From the NCBI RefSeq assembly GCF_009914755.1, contig NC_060942.1: a stretch of DNA of 64,000 bases; one strand, 5' to 3'. Under the pieces are notes generated by a model, which was not told the origin of the DNA, ran no database searches, and saw only the letters and a program-made list of their open reading frames with translations. Each line of letters opens with the position of its first letter. Within the stretch, counting starts at the first letter, position 1. Shown here piece by piece: positions 44,282 to 55,340 of this stretch. The translations under genes were made by a program, and so were the position numbers. The stretch is from the human T2T-CHM13v2.0 reference genome, Homo sapiens.

Positions 44282-44530
44282 CAGGTGTGAAATTGTATCG
44301 AGCTGAAAATCCCATAGATTCCAGCTCTCCATCAGCAAAAAATTTAATCCATAGAAATCTTCCACTGGATTTTATGACAGGTGGATTTTGTTGTCCACAG
44401 AAACGTCCAATTATTGGAGAAAAGCCAAAAGGTCCATCTCGAACTTCAATATGATCAAATTTGCACTCCCAAGACGGTTCAATAGAGTACTTTTCATCAA
44501 AGTAAAGTTCAATGCACTGTCTTGGAGCGG
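44282..44530 (-). CDS. NETO1: NETO1 exon 4 ([83 protein letters not shown]; rest of CUB1)
   Basis: 249 nt open frame; ctttcttctttacag acceptor, GTAAGT donor; CUB motifs [22 protein letters not shown]. Confidence 0.98.
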
Positions 44531-47269
44531 CTGTAAAGAAGAAAGATTGTGTCTAGGAGGTCATTTCTTACATCTTCAGGTTGATGTTTTCTGATTCTAT
44601 TTCAGATGTTATTTGTACATCTTCTCTCAAACTTTATGGATGATATGCATAGAAATATAAAGAAAGCATATGATACTATTCTACGGGACACAATTTTCAT
44701 AAAAATGTCTAAGGAGTGAAACTTAAAACCGATGATGTTGCATAAAATATTATTCTGATACAAGATGACCATTTTGACGTTTTGCGCAGGACTAACAAAG
44801 CACAGTATTTTTATGAAAGGCTGTTAACTTGGAGTTAGAAGGTCAAGGAATATTTTTCTGTCTCTTTTCTCATATTTCCAGGAATACTCAGGTTTAAGGT
44901 AACAAATCACTTGAGAATTGTTTGGCATAGAGTTATATTAAATATAATCTTTCAAATAATCCAAGCCATGTGTCTAGATCAGATCCAAATGCATATATAA
45001 GGACATTAAGAGTAATTTTTCTACAACACAAACCTGATCACATCCCTCTCAGGTTTCAACCTCAGCAGCTGGACCATGATCAATGCATTCAACACACATT
45101 ATCCGTTAAGAATATCCTGCGTCCAGGACCCTATCCCCTCACAGAGAGCCTGAGCTCAGACCACTTCAGACATGTCTTGTCTTCTAAGAAAGTAAGCTCC
45201 TTCACACTTTCATGGATTTTCTTACATTTTTGAATATCTACATACCCAACATTATCTCCTCTTTACACAGGAAAGACTTGCTTTAAAGAAGCCTCCTCTC
45301 TAAATCTGATCTTGAAAGACAAGAACCATATCTCACTCACCTTCTTTCTCAGAGCTTAGCATAGTATTTGTCATCGAAAATTTCCAAAAAAAAAAAAGTC
45401 TTTCAGTAAATTATAAATGAGTGTATATTCATAAATGTTTTTACAGCTCTCTAAAGAATCAGGGAAAGCTTTATAGGGCTGGCAACTCTATACAGCACCA
45501 CATGAATGCTTTTGCTAATGGTCTTTCATTCTTCCCCTGGTACGTCCAAAACAGTCCAAAATTCTGGCATCTCAGACTTACATTCAGCCAGGATACTCCA
45601 GAATGGCCATAAAATTTGCTGAAATGTCAACATATATGTATCCCGGTTAGTAAACAGCTGTTGCCTGAAGCCCTCTGAGTGCTTCCCTGCTACTTGGCCC
45701 TTTTCAGGGACTAAGCCCCTGTAGACACTTGAAAGTTAAGACTTAGCACAGTCGGGCCTGCTCCCTCTACGGTCAGCAACTATGCAGAATGGTGGCTGTC
45801 CACACCCCATTGCTTCTTAAATATACACGGAACATCATCCATGATGACCTAAAATGTAAACTCTGGTATGCGTGGTTTTCAAAACTGTATGTAAGATTGA
45901 GACACACAGTATAACTTGGAAATTGGAGACCTACAGAATAAAATGTAACTCTGATGCTCCCCAGGTATAAAATTAAATATCAACAGTTTAAAGGCAATTC
46001 ATTTTTAAAATGAATTATTTTATGAATAATCTTTAATTTCTAAAAAAGTTTCAGACTCATACATTGAAAAGAGACATTTATAACTCATGCAAGAAAAATA
46101 TTTTATCTATCACTAAATTGTATGAAAAAGGTGAACAAATGAGTAACCACAATAATGACAGATTTGAGGGAGTTTCAATGACGTGGTTTTTTTTTTTCTT
46201 TTCTTTTTTTTTGGAAATTTGAAAGTACCCAAAGAAATGACTAACCATGTTTTATGCTTAAAGTGCCAGCCTTAAAACAAAAAGGCAAATCTGAAGGAGT
46301 TAGACCCATTTATGTATCAGTACTAAGTATAGCGCTTGCATACATTATCATCCTATAGTATGTATGTACCAGTTTATTTCACAATAAATCAGTATAACAA
46401 GTTTTATGATGAAACAAATTATTTCGGATTGTAGGTTAATTTAAATAACGTAAGGCTAGGGAAAGATAGAGCAATGAAGACAGTCCTTAGCTAATTTACT
46501 TAGAACTCTATCTGTCATCTTTTAACACGCACTCACCAATTTCCCCTACTAAGAAATAATGGCCATCTAACATGAATTCACTTCTCCATACCTTCGCTCT
46601 TATTATTTCATAAGTTCTGTGGCTGAGTCAACCTCTCGATGTTCCCCAGGAAACATTCCGCCATTATGGCTTTTGGTAGGCAACATTGTATGTGGATGAT
46701 TTATTTTCTTTTGGTCCAGCATGTTGAAGTTAATGACACACAACCAGAAATGAAACCTACATAGCTGAATTTTAGAAGGTAGTGAAATAACTTTTTAAAA
46801 CTAAGTTTGCCACATACTTATTGTGCTAGATTAAAAATGAGTGATTATGGCACATAGAAACTATTTGAAGCTCTCTAACTCTCTCAACTTCAATTTGCTT
46901 CACCTTCAAGAATTTTCTTCACAGCTGCCCTTCCTTTTAACATTTCTGTAAGTTATATTTGATCTAACACTGAGGTTAGTTCATGAGAGGTCTCAACCAC
47001 TTTGAGAATCTTCAGACGCACTGAGAACTATGAGCACTTTCACCTGGATAGTGCACATATATACAGAATATTTCCTCCATTTTGAGGGAATGTTTAGGCC
47101 ACCTGACAGTCAAAAAGGGATCCTCTTTTTCGTGACTGGGACCTCGCTTGTATTCTTCATCACAATGGGTCATACCTCTAGAAATCTGACCACTTATGTA
47201 TCCCTCTTTCTCTTCTATTTTAAATGTACCTTTCTCTACAGAATATTCATTTTAGAATTAAATATGTGC

Positions 47270-48870
47270 AATCTGCCCCTTTAAAAGAGAAAAAACCACC
47301 CATCTCCACTATGCCAATGGGAGTGCTCATCGTTGTTACTAACAAACTCTTAATTGCTTCATGTAACAGATGCATTTCTGTTTTTCACTTATTTTTCTTT
47401 GCTGTAACAACTGGCACTTTGACTACTCCCTGCTTCTCAAGACCCCATCCACTCTGGCTGCTGTGGCATCGTGCGCACCTGACCCTCCTGCCTAACTCTC
47501 TGGCTTCTCCTACTCATTCCATTACTTTTTTCCCCATACTCTGTCCCTCTCTTATGTGTTATTTTCTGGAAAATTTATTCTACATCTTATGTTCTCTCAT
47601 TTTAGATGAAGACACCGGGGTGCCACGGGCATTCCAATGGAAGGTTACTACAATATAATGGTGGCTGGGGCTCTATCTAAGGTTAATTAAATCAGAATTC
47701 CTGGGGAAAGGCCCAGGCACCTGCATTTTTAAGAGCAGTTGAAAAATAGTGCTCCAAATATTCTCTTGGATAATTTTATTCATACTAACAATCTCAACAA
47801 CAATCTCTATATTTATGACGTACATATATACATTTTCAGCACACATCTATCTCTCCACTGAGCTAGAGCTACATGTATCCAATCTTTTTGTGGAGCATCT
47901 CCATAAACACAAACTAAACACATTATTTTTCCTTTAAACCAATTTTTCCCGTCTATATTTCTTTTCTGGGATGGCAATTCCGTCTATCTAACAAGTTATC
48001 GAGCAACAAATATTAGAACAGTCCCAGGATACCCTATTCTCTGATCCCCTGATCCAGCCACTCATGATCCTTTTTTTTTCTTTTTTTTTTTTTTTTGAGA
48101 CAGAGTCTCGCTCTGTCACCCGGGCTGGAGCGCAGTGGTGCCATCTCGGCTCACTGCAAGCTCCGCCTCCCGGGTTCACGCCATTCTCCTGCCTCAGCCT
48201 CCTGAGTAGCTGGGACTACAGGTGCACGCCACCACGCCTGGCTCATTTTTCGTATTTTTAGTAGAAACGGGGTTTCAACATATTGGCCAGGATGGTCTCG
48301 ATCTCCTGACCTCGTGATCCGCCCACATCGGCCTCCTAAAGTGCTGGGATTACAGGTGTGAGCCACCACGTCTGGCGATCCAGTTTCTTAAATACCTCTC
48401 AGTTCTTTCATGTACTCCATCACTGATGCCGCTTCTTTAGTATAAGTATTTATTATGATTTACTTGGACTTTTGGAATTGTTTCTTAGTTTATGTTCTTT
48501 TCCTTCAGTTGCTTCATCATCAAAATCTCACATTATTCCTCAAGTTAAATTACTTCAATGGCACCTCATTGTCTCCAACATAATGTTCAAGATTTTATCC
48601 AGTGGGCACAGAAGGAATACCAGGTACCTCTTTGAGACTGCTTCCCTCTTCAGCCTCCTGCTGTATTTTCCTCAGATTCTGCAGAAGCCCTAGGATGCGC
48701 CACGAAGGTCCCCAACCATATCATAGCTCTGAACTTCCGCATACGCTGCTCTATGTAGAGAATAATGCCTTCCCTGGACATTCTTCAGAAATGAAGGTGA
48801 GCATCTCTTCTTCCCTGTATTCTTCTCTTTGGCTTCCCCGTCGCAACTACTTTGTGCTAATCCTAGGGCC
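47270..48870 (+). mobile_element. L2 fragments interrupted by MER5-like DNA element (~47660-47740) and AluY
   Basis: Pyrimidine-rich L2-like blocks; aatcagaattcctgggg...ctgcatttttaa is MER5-like. Confidence 0.55.
48071..48376 (-). mobile_element. Alu (AluY-like)
   Basis: Reverse dimer with AluY-type gcaagctccgcctcccgggttcacgccattc. Confidence 0.95.
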
Positions 48871-49395
48871 CCTTTAGATTGTTTACAAAAAGGGACATAG
48901 TCCCCAGAGAATATTGTTAAGTCCTATGAGGCAGGTAGCGAGTACCTTTTCTATCAGTTGTAAAAGGAATTTGCACTGCCAGACCTTAGGTTTTCAGTGT
49001 TATCCTTTTAATAGCATAGCTAATTGTTTTGCCTTCTTACAGTGTGGTTTATCTTTGCTGAAAATTCAACTTCAAGTAGTAAGGGTGGGGGAAGATCTTT
49101 GGCCCAATAATTACCAAAAAAAAAATCATTTCTAAATAGAGAGTCTTAAAATTGGGTGAACAGAAAGCCTGCTTCTTTGAAAAATCTATCAAATAAATGT
49201 GTCCCCATTTATAAGTAGTAGAAAGTGCATCTATCTTTATCATTAAGACAGTCTTGCCTGTGTGTGTGTGTGGGGGGAAGGTGGGTGCTTCCAGGTTTTA
49301 GGCTATTTAGGTACTAACAGTTGGAATACTGAAAACTTCCATCACCAGATGAAATGCTTCTACATTTTAAACGTTGTACTTAAGAGAGAGGTGTT

Positions 49396-49633
49396 GGCCG
49401 GGAGCCATGGTTCACGCCTGTAATCCCAGCACTCTGGGAGGCCAAAGTCGGTGGATCACTTGAGGTCATGAGTTTGAGACCAGCTGGCCAACATCGTGAA
49501 GTGCCGTCTCTACCAAAAATACAAAAATTAGCCAGGCATGGTGGCGTATGCCTGTGATCCCAGCTACTCGGGAGGCTGAGGCAGGAGAATCGCTGGAACT
49601 CAGGGGACTCTCGCTTTGTCTCAAAAAAAAAAA
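49396..49633 (+). mobile_element. Alu with right-arm internal deletion
   Basis: Left arm intact; right arm jumps from ggaactcaggg almost directly to the tail. Confidence 0.92.
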
Positions 49634-50265
49634 GTGTTTACAAGGTTAGTGTAAATGGGAAACGTTCAAAGAGAAGTCTCTTTCCAACACCATTTATCTT
49701 TCATGTTGGAAAAAAGTCATGAAATAAAGGGTCATAATTTACAATCCTGACCTTGACTTCAAAATGAGATGTCACTTGTTAACACAAATAAGGTAACTAT
49801 CTTTCAGATTGGTGTTTAGAAAATGTGATTATAGATTCATCTTTGACATTAATACGATTTTTGTAATTTATAATACTAAAGAAATGTAACATGCAAGTTA
49901 TTCTACTAATTGTTGAGCTAAAAAAATGCTAGTTTCTCACACTTACACAGTTAATATTGTGCCAACTATGCGTCCATTCTACTGCATGAGAACTCTAAAT
50001 CAATTAAGCCAACAGCAAAATAAACTCCTAAGTTGTTCATCTGTTTTTATTGCACAGAATTTGCTTGTTCATAACCCACTACTAGTTAATCTCAATAATT
50101 AGCCTGATTCCAGATTTTACAGTTATTGATTCACTCAAGAGATATTTTTGCGCATGATCTCCAGATCAATTTTGTAATGCCTACACGCATATTCTTCATC
50201 CAAAGCACAGAGATGGCAAGGTTTTGGCTTAGTGCTTTCTTAACTCTGGCACTGTCTCCCCTTAC

Positions 50266-50403
50266 CTTCTATGATGTAGATGCATTCCCGGTCAGGGGGA
50301 TACTTGCTGGGATAGTTGGGAGAGGTAAAGATACCTCCCTCTGCATGTTTTGTCCAAGTTCCACACTGCACTGACTTCTGTGTTTCTGAGGTGGTTTGCT
50401 TTT
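50266..50403 (-). CDS. NETO1: NETO1 exon 3 ([46 protein letters not shown]; start of CUB1)
   Basis: 138 nt; T14-AACAG acceptor, GTAAG donor; CUB signature CG...FTSPNYP..YP...C.Y.I. Confidence 0.98.
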
Positions 50404-50645
50404 CTGTTAAAAAAAAAAAAAAGTTTTAAAAAGAGCCATCATCCAATTTTCTATTGTACTAAAAATAGAGGACATTCTTATAATATCCATTAGTAAATTA
50501 ATTTTTAAATGTTGTCTTAGCCAAACCAATCAATTATACATATTATAACAGGTTCAGATATTCTGGAATATTAACAGTAGGAGGAAAATAGGAAAATACA
50601 AAATAATTCGAGGTCTTCCACTAGCATTTTTCTAAGTAAACACAC

Positions 50646-50699
50646 CTGTTCCTTTCTTGGTTGCCCCAGACAAATGGAGGATGATTAAACTTGCTACAA
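50646..50699 (-). CDS. NETO1: NETO1 exon 2 (IVASLIILHLSGATKKGT; signal peptide core)
   Basis: 54 nt; pyrimidine tract + CAG acceptor, GTGTG donor; in frame with exons 1 and 3. Confidence 0.96.
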
Positions 50700-51030
50700 C
50701 TGAAACAGAAAAGAAAAATTAGAGATAAAATACACTGAAATGATCAAATCCCATAAAAACATAACATAATTTCAAGATAAAATAATATCAAAGCAGATTA
50801 ATTTTTTCATTGTTAACTGTTAGAAGTCGATTCAGAACTTGCAAAAACCAATTTGAAATGTACAAATCAGGAAACCTTGGGACTCCCTTAAGGAACTAAT
50901 GCAAGTTAAGAATGGATGAGACCCAAACTCCTAAGGCAAATACATCATTCACTCTAAAGGCAACATGTCAATTTACTCATGTCACACACAGTACAGTGGG
51001 ACTACAGGAGTCACACTGTATCTAAACTAC

Positions 51031-51055
51031 CCTTAGGGAATGGCTCTGCCAGCAT
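51031..51055 (-). CDS. NETO1: NETO1 alternative first exon coding part (MLAEPFPK + phase-1 nt)
   Basis: ATG at 51055, 25 nt to AGG|GTAGTT donor in phase 1, joining exon 2 in frame (MLAEPFPKVVASLII...); agrees with my recollection of an alternative NETO1 N-terminus one residue shorter; donor is weak. Confidence 0.7.
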
Positions 51056-52721
51056 CTCTGAAGGAAGAGAGGGGCCAGAAGGTAAAAAGGAGGAAAAGGA
51101 GAGGCAAACAATGAGAACAGCTCCATGACTGTTCCTGACATACTGCAGTGTGGCTGTATTTTAGAAAATAAATACTTAGACAAATCCTACAGACTGTGGG
51201 GGAGGAGAATAAGCAAGAAACAGATTAATGTGGATTGTGGGCATTAAGCACCATTATTGGAATGTTGCCTACAAAAATGTTCTGAACCTCCAAGTAACCC
51301 CGTCCCTCAGCACTTTCTAAGCTGTGAAATTAATCTCTTCTAACCTTAACTTGATTTAATACCAAATCAATATATAGAAATTGATTATTAATTTGAGAAA
51401 CGTGATTTCCGAAAGCATTATATTGGGTCAGGTTTCCAGTGTCAAAGAGACTGTGATCTGTAACTTAACAGTAAATCTGCAATGCCATTATAATCTAAAC
51501 TTGTTTTACTTCCGTATTCTTGATCTAATCAACATTTTTACAAGACAAAACACTAGCAAAATAGTAAGTAAGCTAGTCTTCATAATTTGATTTTTCTTCT
51601 ATTTTTTCTTATTCATTTTGTCATCCAACGACATAAAAGGTCTATGTTTTCACATTTTCACTTAAAATGAATTCGGGGGAGAGAACAATTCACAAATATT
51701 TCCTGAATTAAAGCTCACCACAGGCTTATACATTTATACTTAAACATCACTCTAAGAAACGTATCTAGGTCTTGATATTAATATTTAAAATATTGTCAAT
51801 TGTGTGTTACTTTATGCTCTAGCCAGTTCATTTGCATTTTAAATTAAGGCACTGGCTGCTGTTGTTACTGTGTGTTTCCACAGGAAAAAAAAAATCAATT
51901 TAATTTGTCATGATTCTGCTCACACCCAGAACACACAGGTATGCACATCCTTCAGCATCAGGATGTGTATTTGTTTACTCCGCTCTTCCTGTTTTGATGA
52001 AATCACATTATAGACCACGTACTGTGTTTAACTCAGCAGCAAAGCCCTCTCAACTGCGTGGCCCGCGATCAACACTCTCATCTTTGCTTAGTAATGATAC
52101 ATTTCCACCACACATTTTCTTATACTGCCTTTTACTCGATGACTCGTGATACTATTTTCCTCTCATTCCTTCCCACCTCTACACTGCCCGCGTTACCACA
52201 CACCCATAAAGCGACATCAGCGGTCTCCAGGGCGGAAAGGGGTGGAAGCTGACCCTCGCCCTTCCCTCCAGCGCTGGCTTCAGGTGTGCCTTCTGCTACC
52301 TCCTGTACTGCGAACAGGGGCCCGCCGAGCTCCGGGAGCCCCTAGAAGAGGAAGACTCCTCTGGCCCCACTAGGTATCATCCGCGCTCTCCCGCTTTCCA
52401 CCTGCGCCCTCGCTTGGGCCAATCTCTGCCGCACGTGTCCATCCCTGAACTGCACGCTATTCTCCACCCCCGGGGGGTTCCTGCGCACTGAAAGACCGTT
52501 CTCCGGCAGGTTTTGGGATCCGGCGACGGCTGACCGCGCGCCGCCCCCACGCCCGGTTCCACGATGCTGCAATACAGAAAGTTTACGTCGGCCCCGACCC
52601 GCGCGGGACTGCAGGGTCCGCCGGAGCGCGGCGCAGAGGCTTTTCCTGCGCGTTCGGCCCCGGGAAAGGGGCGGGAGGGCTGGCTCCGGGAGCGCACGGG
52701 CGCGGCGGGGAGGGTACTCAC

Positions 52722-52749
52722 TGTGAAGCACGCTGCGCCCATGGATCAT
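52722..52749 (-). CDS. NETO1: NETO1 coding exon 1 (MIHGRSVLH + phase-1 nt)
   Basis: ATG at 52749; ATGATCCATGGGCGCAGCGTGCTTCACA followed by a GTGAGT donor (52721-52716); matches the NETO1 N-terminus as I recall it. Confidence 0.97.
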
Positions 52750-53234
52750 GTCTGTGCGTTACACCAGAGGCTCCGGGCTCCACTAATTCCATTTAGAGAC
52801 GGGAAGACTTCCAGTGGCGGGGGGAGGACAGGGTCGAGAGGTGTTAAAGACGCAAAGCAAGAAGGAAATAAAGGGGGGCCGAGAGGGAGACCGAGAGGAA
52901 GGGGGAGCTCCGAGCCCACGCTGCAGCCAGATCCGGATGAGTCCGTCCTCCGCCCCGGGCGGGCTCTCGCTCTCGCTGGCCCTCAGCGCCGCGCAGCCAG
53001 CAGCATCCCCACCGTGACGCTCGCATCACACCCGGGCGCCGGCCGCCACCATCCGCGCCGCCGCCGTCAGGACCCTCCTCCCGGGCATCGTCGCCGCCGC
53101 GGGGTCGGGAGGACGCGGCGCGCGGGAGGCGGCGGTCGCAGGGCGAGCCCCGGGACGCCCCGAGCCGGGGCCGGGGCCGGGGAGAGGGCGCAGCGAGGTG
53201 GGGGCCAGTCCAGACCGACGGCAGCGACGGAGCG

Positions 53235-53261
53235 GGCGGCGGCGGCGGCGCCGGCGGCGGC
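53235..53261. repeat. (GGC)5 GCC (GGC)3 trinucleotide repeat
   Basis: Direct reading; within CpG island, upstream of the NETO1 ATG. Confidence 0.9.
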
Positions 53262-55149
53262 GGGGTGGCTCAGTCCCCAGTCTCAGACGCGCCGCGCAGC
53301 AGGTCGGAGCAGCCTCCCCGGGAGGATGTCCAGCGGCAGCGCTCCTCGCTCCAGCCCTTGGGGATCTTCCGCTGAGGCATTGAAGGCAGGAAGAAGGGGT
53401 CCGTCATCGGCTCGCCGGGCTGCGCGCCACCTCTGCTATCTTGCGGAAAGAGGAGCGGGTGGGTGGGCGTCTGGGAGGCGGGCTGGAGGGCGGTGCAGGG
53501 GAGCGGGGCGGCCGGGGGGGGGGGCCGGGGGGCGGGGAAGGGAGGGAGGAGAAAGGAGCCGGAAGAGGGCAGAGTTACCAAATGGGCTCCTTAGTCATGG
53601 CTTGGGGCTCCGCGACCCTCCTGGAAGCCCGGAGCCTGGGTGGGATAGCGAGGCTGCGCGCGGCCGGCGCCCCGGGGCTGGTGCGCGGCAGAATGGGGCC
53701 GCGGCGGCGGCAGCAAGGACATCCCAGCCGCGCGGATCTGGGGGAGGGGCGGGGAGGGGGTGAGGACCCGGCTGGGATCCGCGGCTCGGCCCGCCAGGGC
53801 GCAGAGAGAGGATGCAGCCGCAAATCCCGAGCCGGATCCTCGTGCCGGACGGAAGGCGTGGAAGCGGGAGGGGCCTTCGTGTGAAAATCCCTTGTGGGGT
53901 TTGGTGTTTCACTTTTTAAAGGTTAGACCTTGCGGGCTCTCTGCCTCCCACCCCTTCTTTTCCATCCGCGTAAAGGAACTGGGCGCCCCCTCTCCCTCCC
54001 TCCCTGGGGCGCAGGTTTCGCCGCGGACTCCGCGCTCAGCTTGGGAGACACGGCAGGGGCGCGCCCCAGGGAAAGGCGGCCGTAAAAGTTTCGCGGTTGA
54101 GCACTGGGCCTGATGTCCAGTCCCCCCACCAAATTACTCCTGCAAAGACGCGGGCTTCTTGCAATTGAGCCCCCCACCTCGAGGTATTTAAAACCACCCC
54201 AAGGCACACACGGACCCCCGTTCCCCCGCGCCACTTCCTCCTCCAGGCTCGCGCGGCGCGTTAAAGTCTGGGAGACACGAGTTGCGGGGAAACAGCACCG
54301 GAAGAGCCCGGGCTTGTAAAATGCGAATCAATGAATACGAAATAAGGGCAACCGCGAGGCAGCGCCGGGAAGGGCTGGAGCGCGCGGGGGTGCAGGGAGT
54401 CCCTCCCTGGGCGCCGCAACGGCACCTCCTCCCTTTCCCGGCTCCGTCCCGCCCTCCCTCGGCCTCTGCGGACGCGACCCACGCAGACCACAGCCGAGCC
54501 CGCCGGACCCCGGGACTACGGAAGCCATCCCGTCCGGCCACCCACACCCGCGCCGCGGCTGGGGCTTGGGTTGGGGACTGTGGCGGCGAAGAAGCCGGGG
54601 TAGGAAGAGCTAATGGCAATGGCGGGGTCGCCGGGGGGCGGGGGGTCAGCAGCAGACGCTGAGCTGTGAAGACTAGGGTGGCCCCGAAAGGCCGAGGAAA
54701 GGAGAAAGGGCCATGAGAAGAGTCTGGCGAGCGCTCGAGGCCGGGGGGCTGCCTCCCGGCTCTGGCCCGGCCTCCGCTTCCCGGCACCTGCTGCTGGGGC
54801 GCCCACGTGCGCGCGGGGCTGCGCGGGGCGTTGGGTGCTCGTCGCAGTCCTGCCCACGCCTAGCGCAGCGGCTGTGAGTGGGTGGAGGTCTCCTGCCAGT
54901 AAGTTGGGATGAGGGACGATGAGGTGACCCCCAAGTCTGGAAGGGATTCAGAGTCTCACACGCGCCCCCAAGCCTCCTACCACCACACCAAAGTGCTGGT
55001 TCCTCGATTTCCAGGGTGGGGTAAAGTGACCGAGCAAAGGGGATGGTGTGTTTGTGTGTGCGCGCGCATATACGCGCGCGCGTGTTGTGCATCCGTGTAA
55101 TGAAAGTTGGGTCATGGGTCAACCCGGGAGTAGAGCGAGATGGAGACCT

Positions 55150-55340
55150 AAAGAGAGAAAGCTGAGAGAAGGGGGAAGACATGGACAGGGTAAGAGAGAG
55201 AGAAAGGAGAGAGAGAAGAAAGGGAAAAGAGGAGCGGGGAGAGAAAAGAGAGGCAGGAGAGAGAATGAGGGGACAGAAGAGAGTAGGGAGACGAGAAGGC
55301 GGAGGACAGAAGAAATGGGGGAGAGGGAAGAGGACAGAGA
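55150..55340. repeat. GA-rich low-complexity polypurine tract
   Basis: ~190 bp nearly all purine on + strand. Confidence 0.85.

Larger units (their letters stand above)
52200..54890. promoter_or_regulatory. CpG island / bidirectional promoter of NETO1
   Basis: Abrupt shift to very high GC with dense CpG; GC boxes (GGGGCGGGG near 53746); spans exon 1 and upstream. Confidence 0.95.

Noticed and set aside
51031-51126. ATG at 51126 (MELFSLFASPF...) as an alternative signal-peptide start
   Set aside because: Out of frame with NETO1; terminates at TTG TAG on entering exon 2, so at most a uORF
52342-52721. Continuation of the 135-aa MIHGRSVLHSEY... ORF
   Set aside because: Read-through past the GTGAGT donor into intron 1; only the first 28 nt are coding
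52564-53763. 399-aa ORF antisense to NETO1 exon 1
   Set aside because: R/G/A/P-rich low complexity with no recognisable domain; expected from stop-codon scarcity in a CpG island
54292-54310. RE1-like ACAGCACCGGAAGAGC in the promoter
   Set aside because: Wrong spacing and degenerate right half-site
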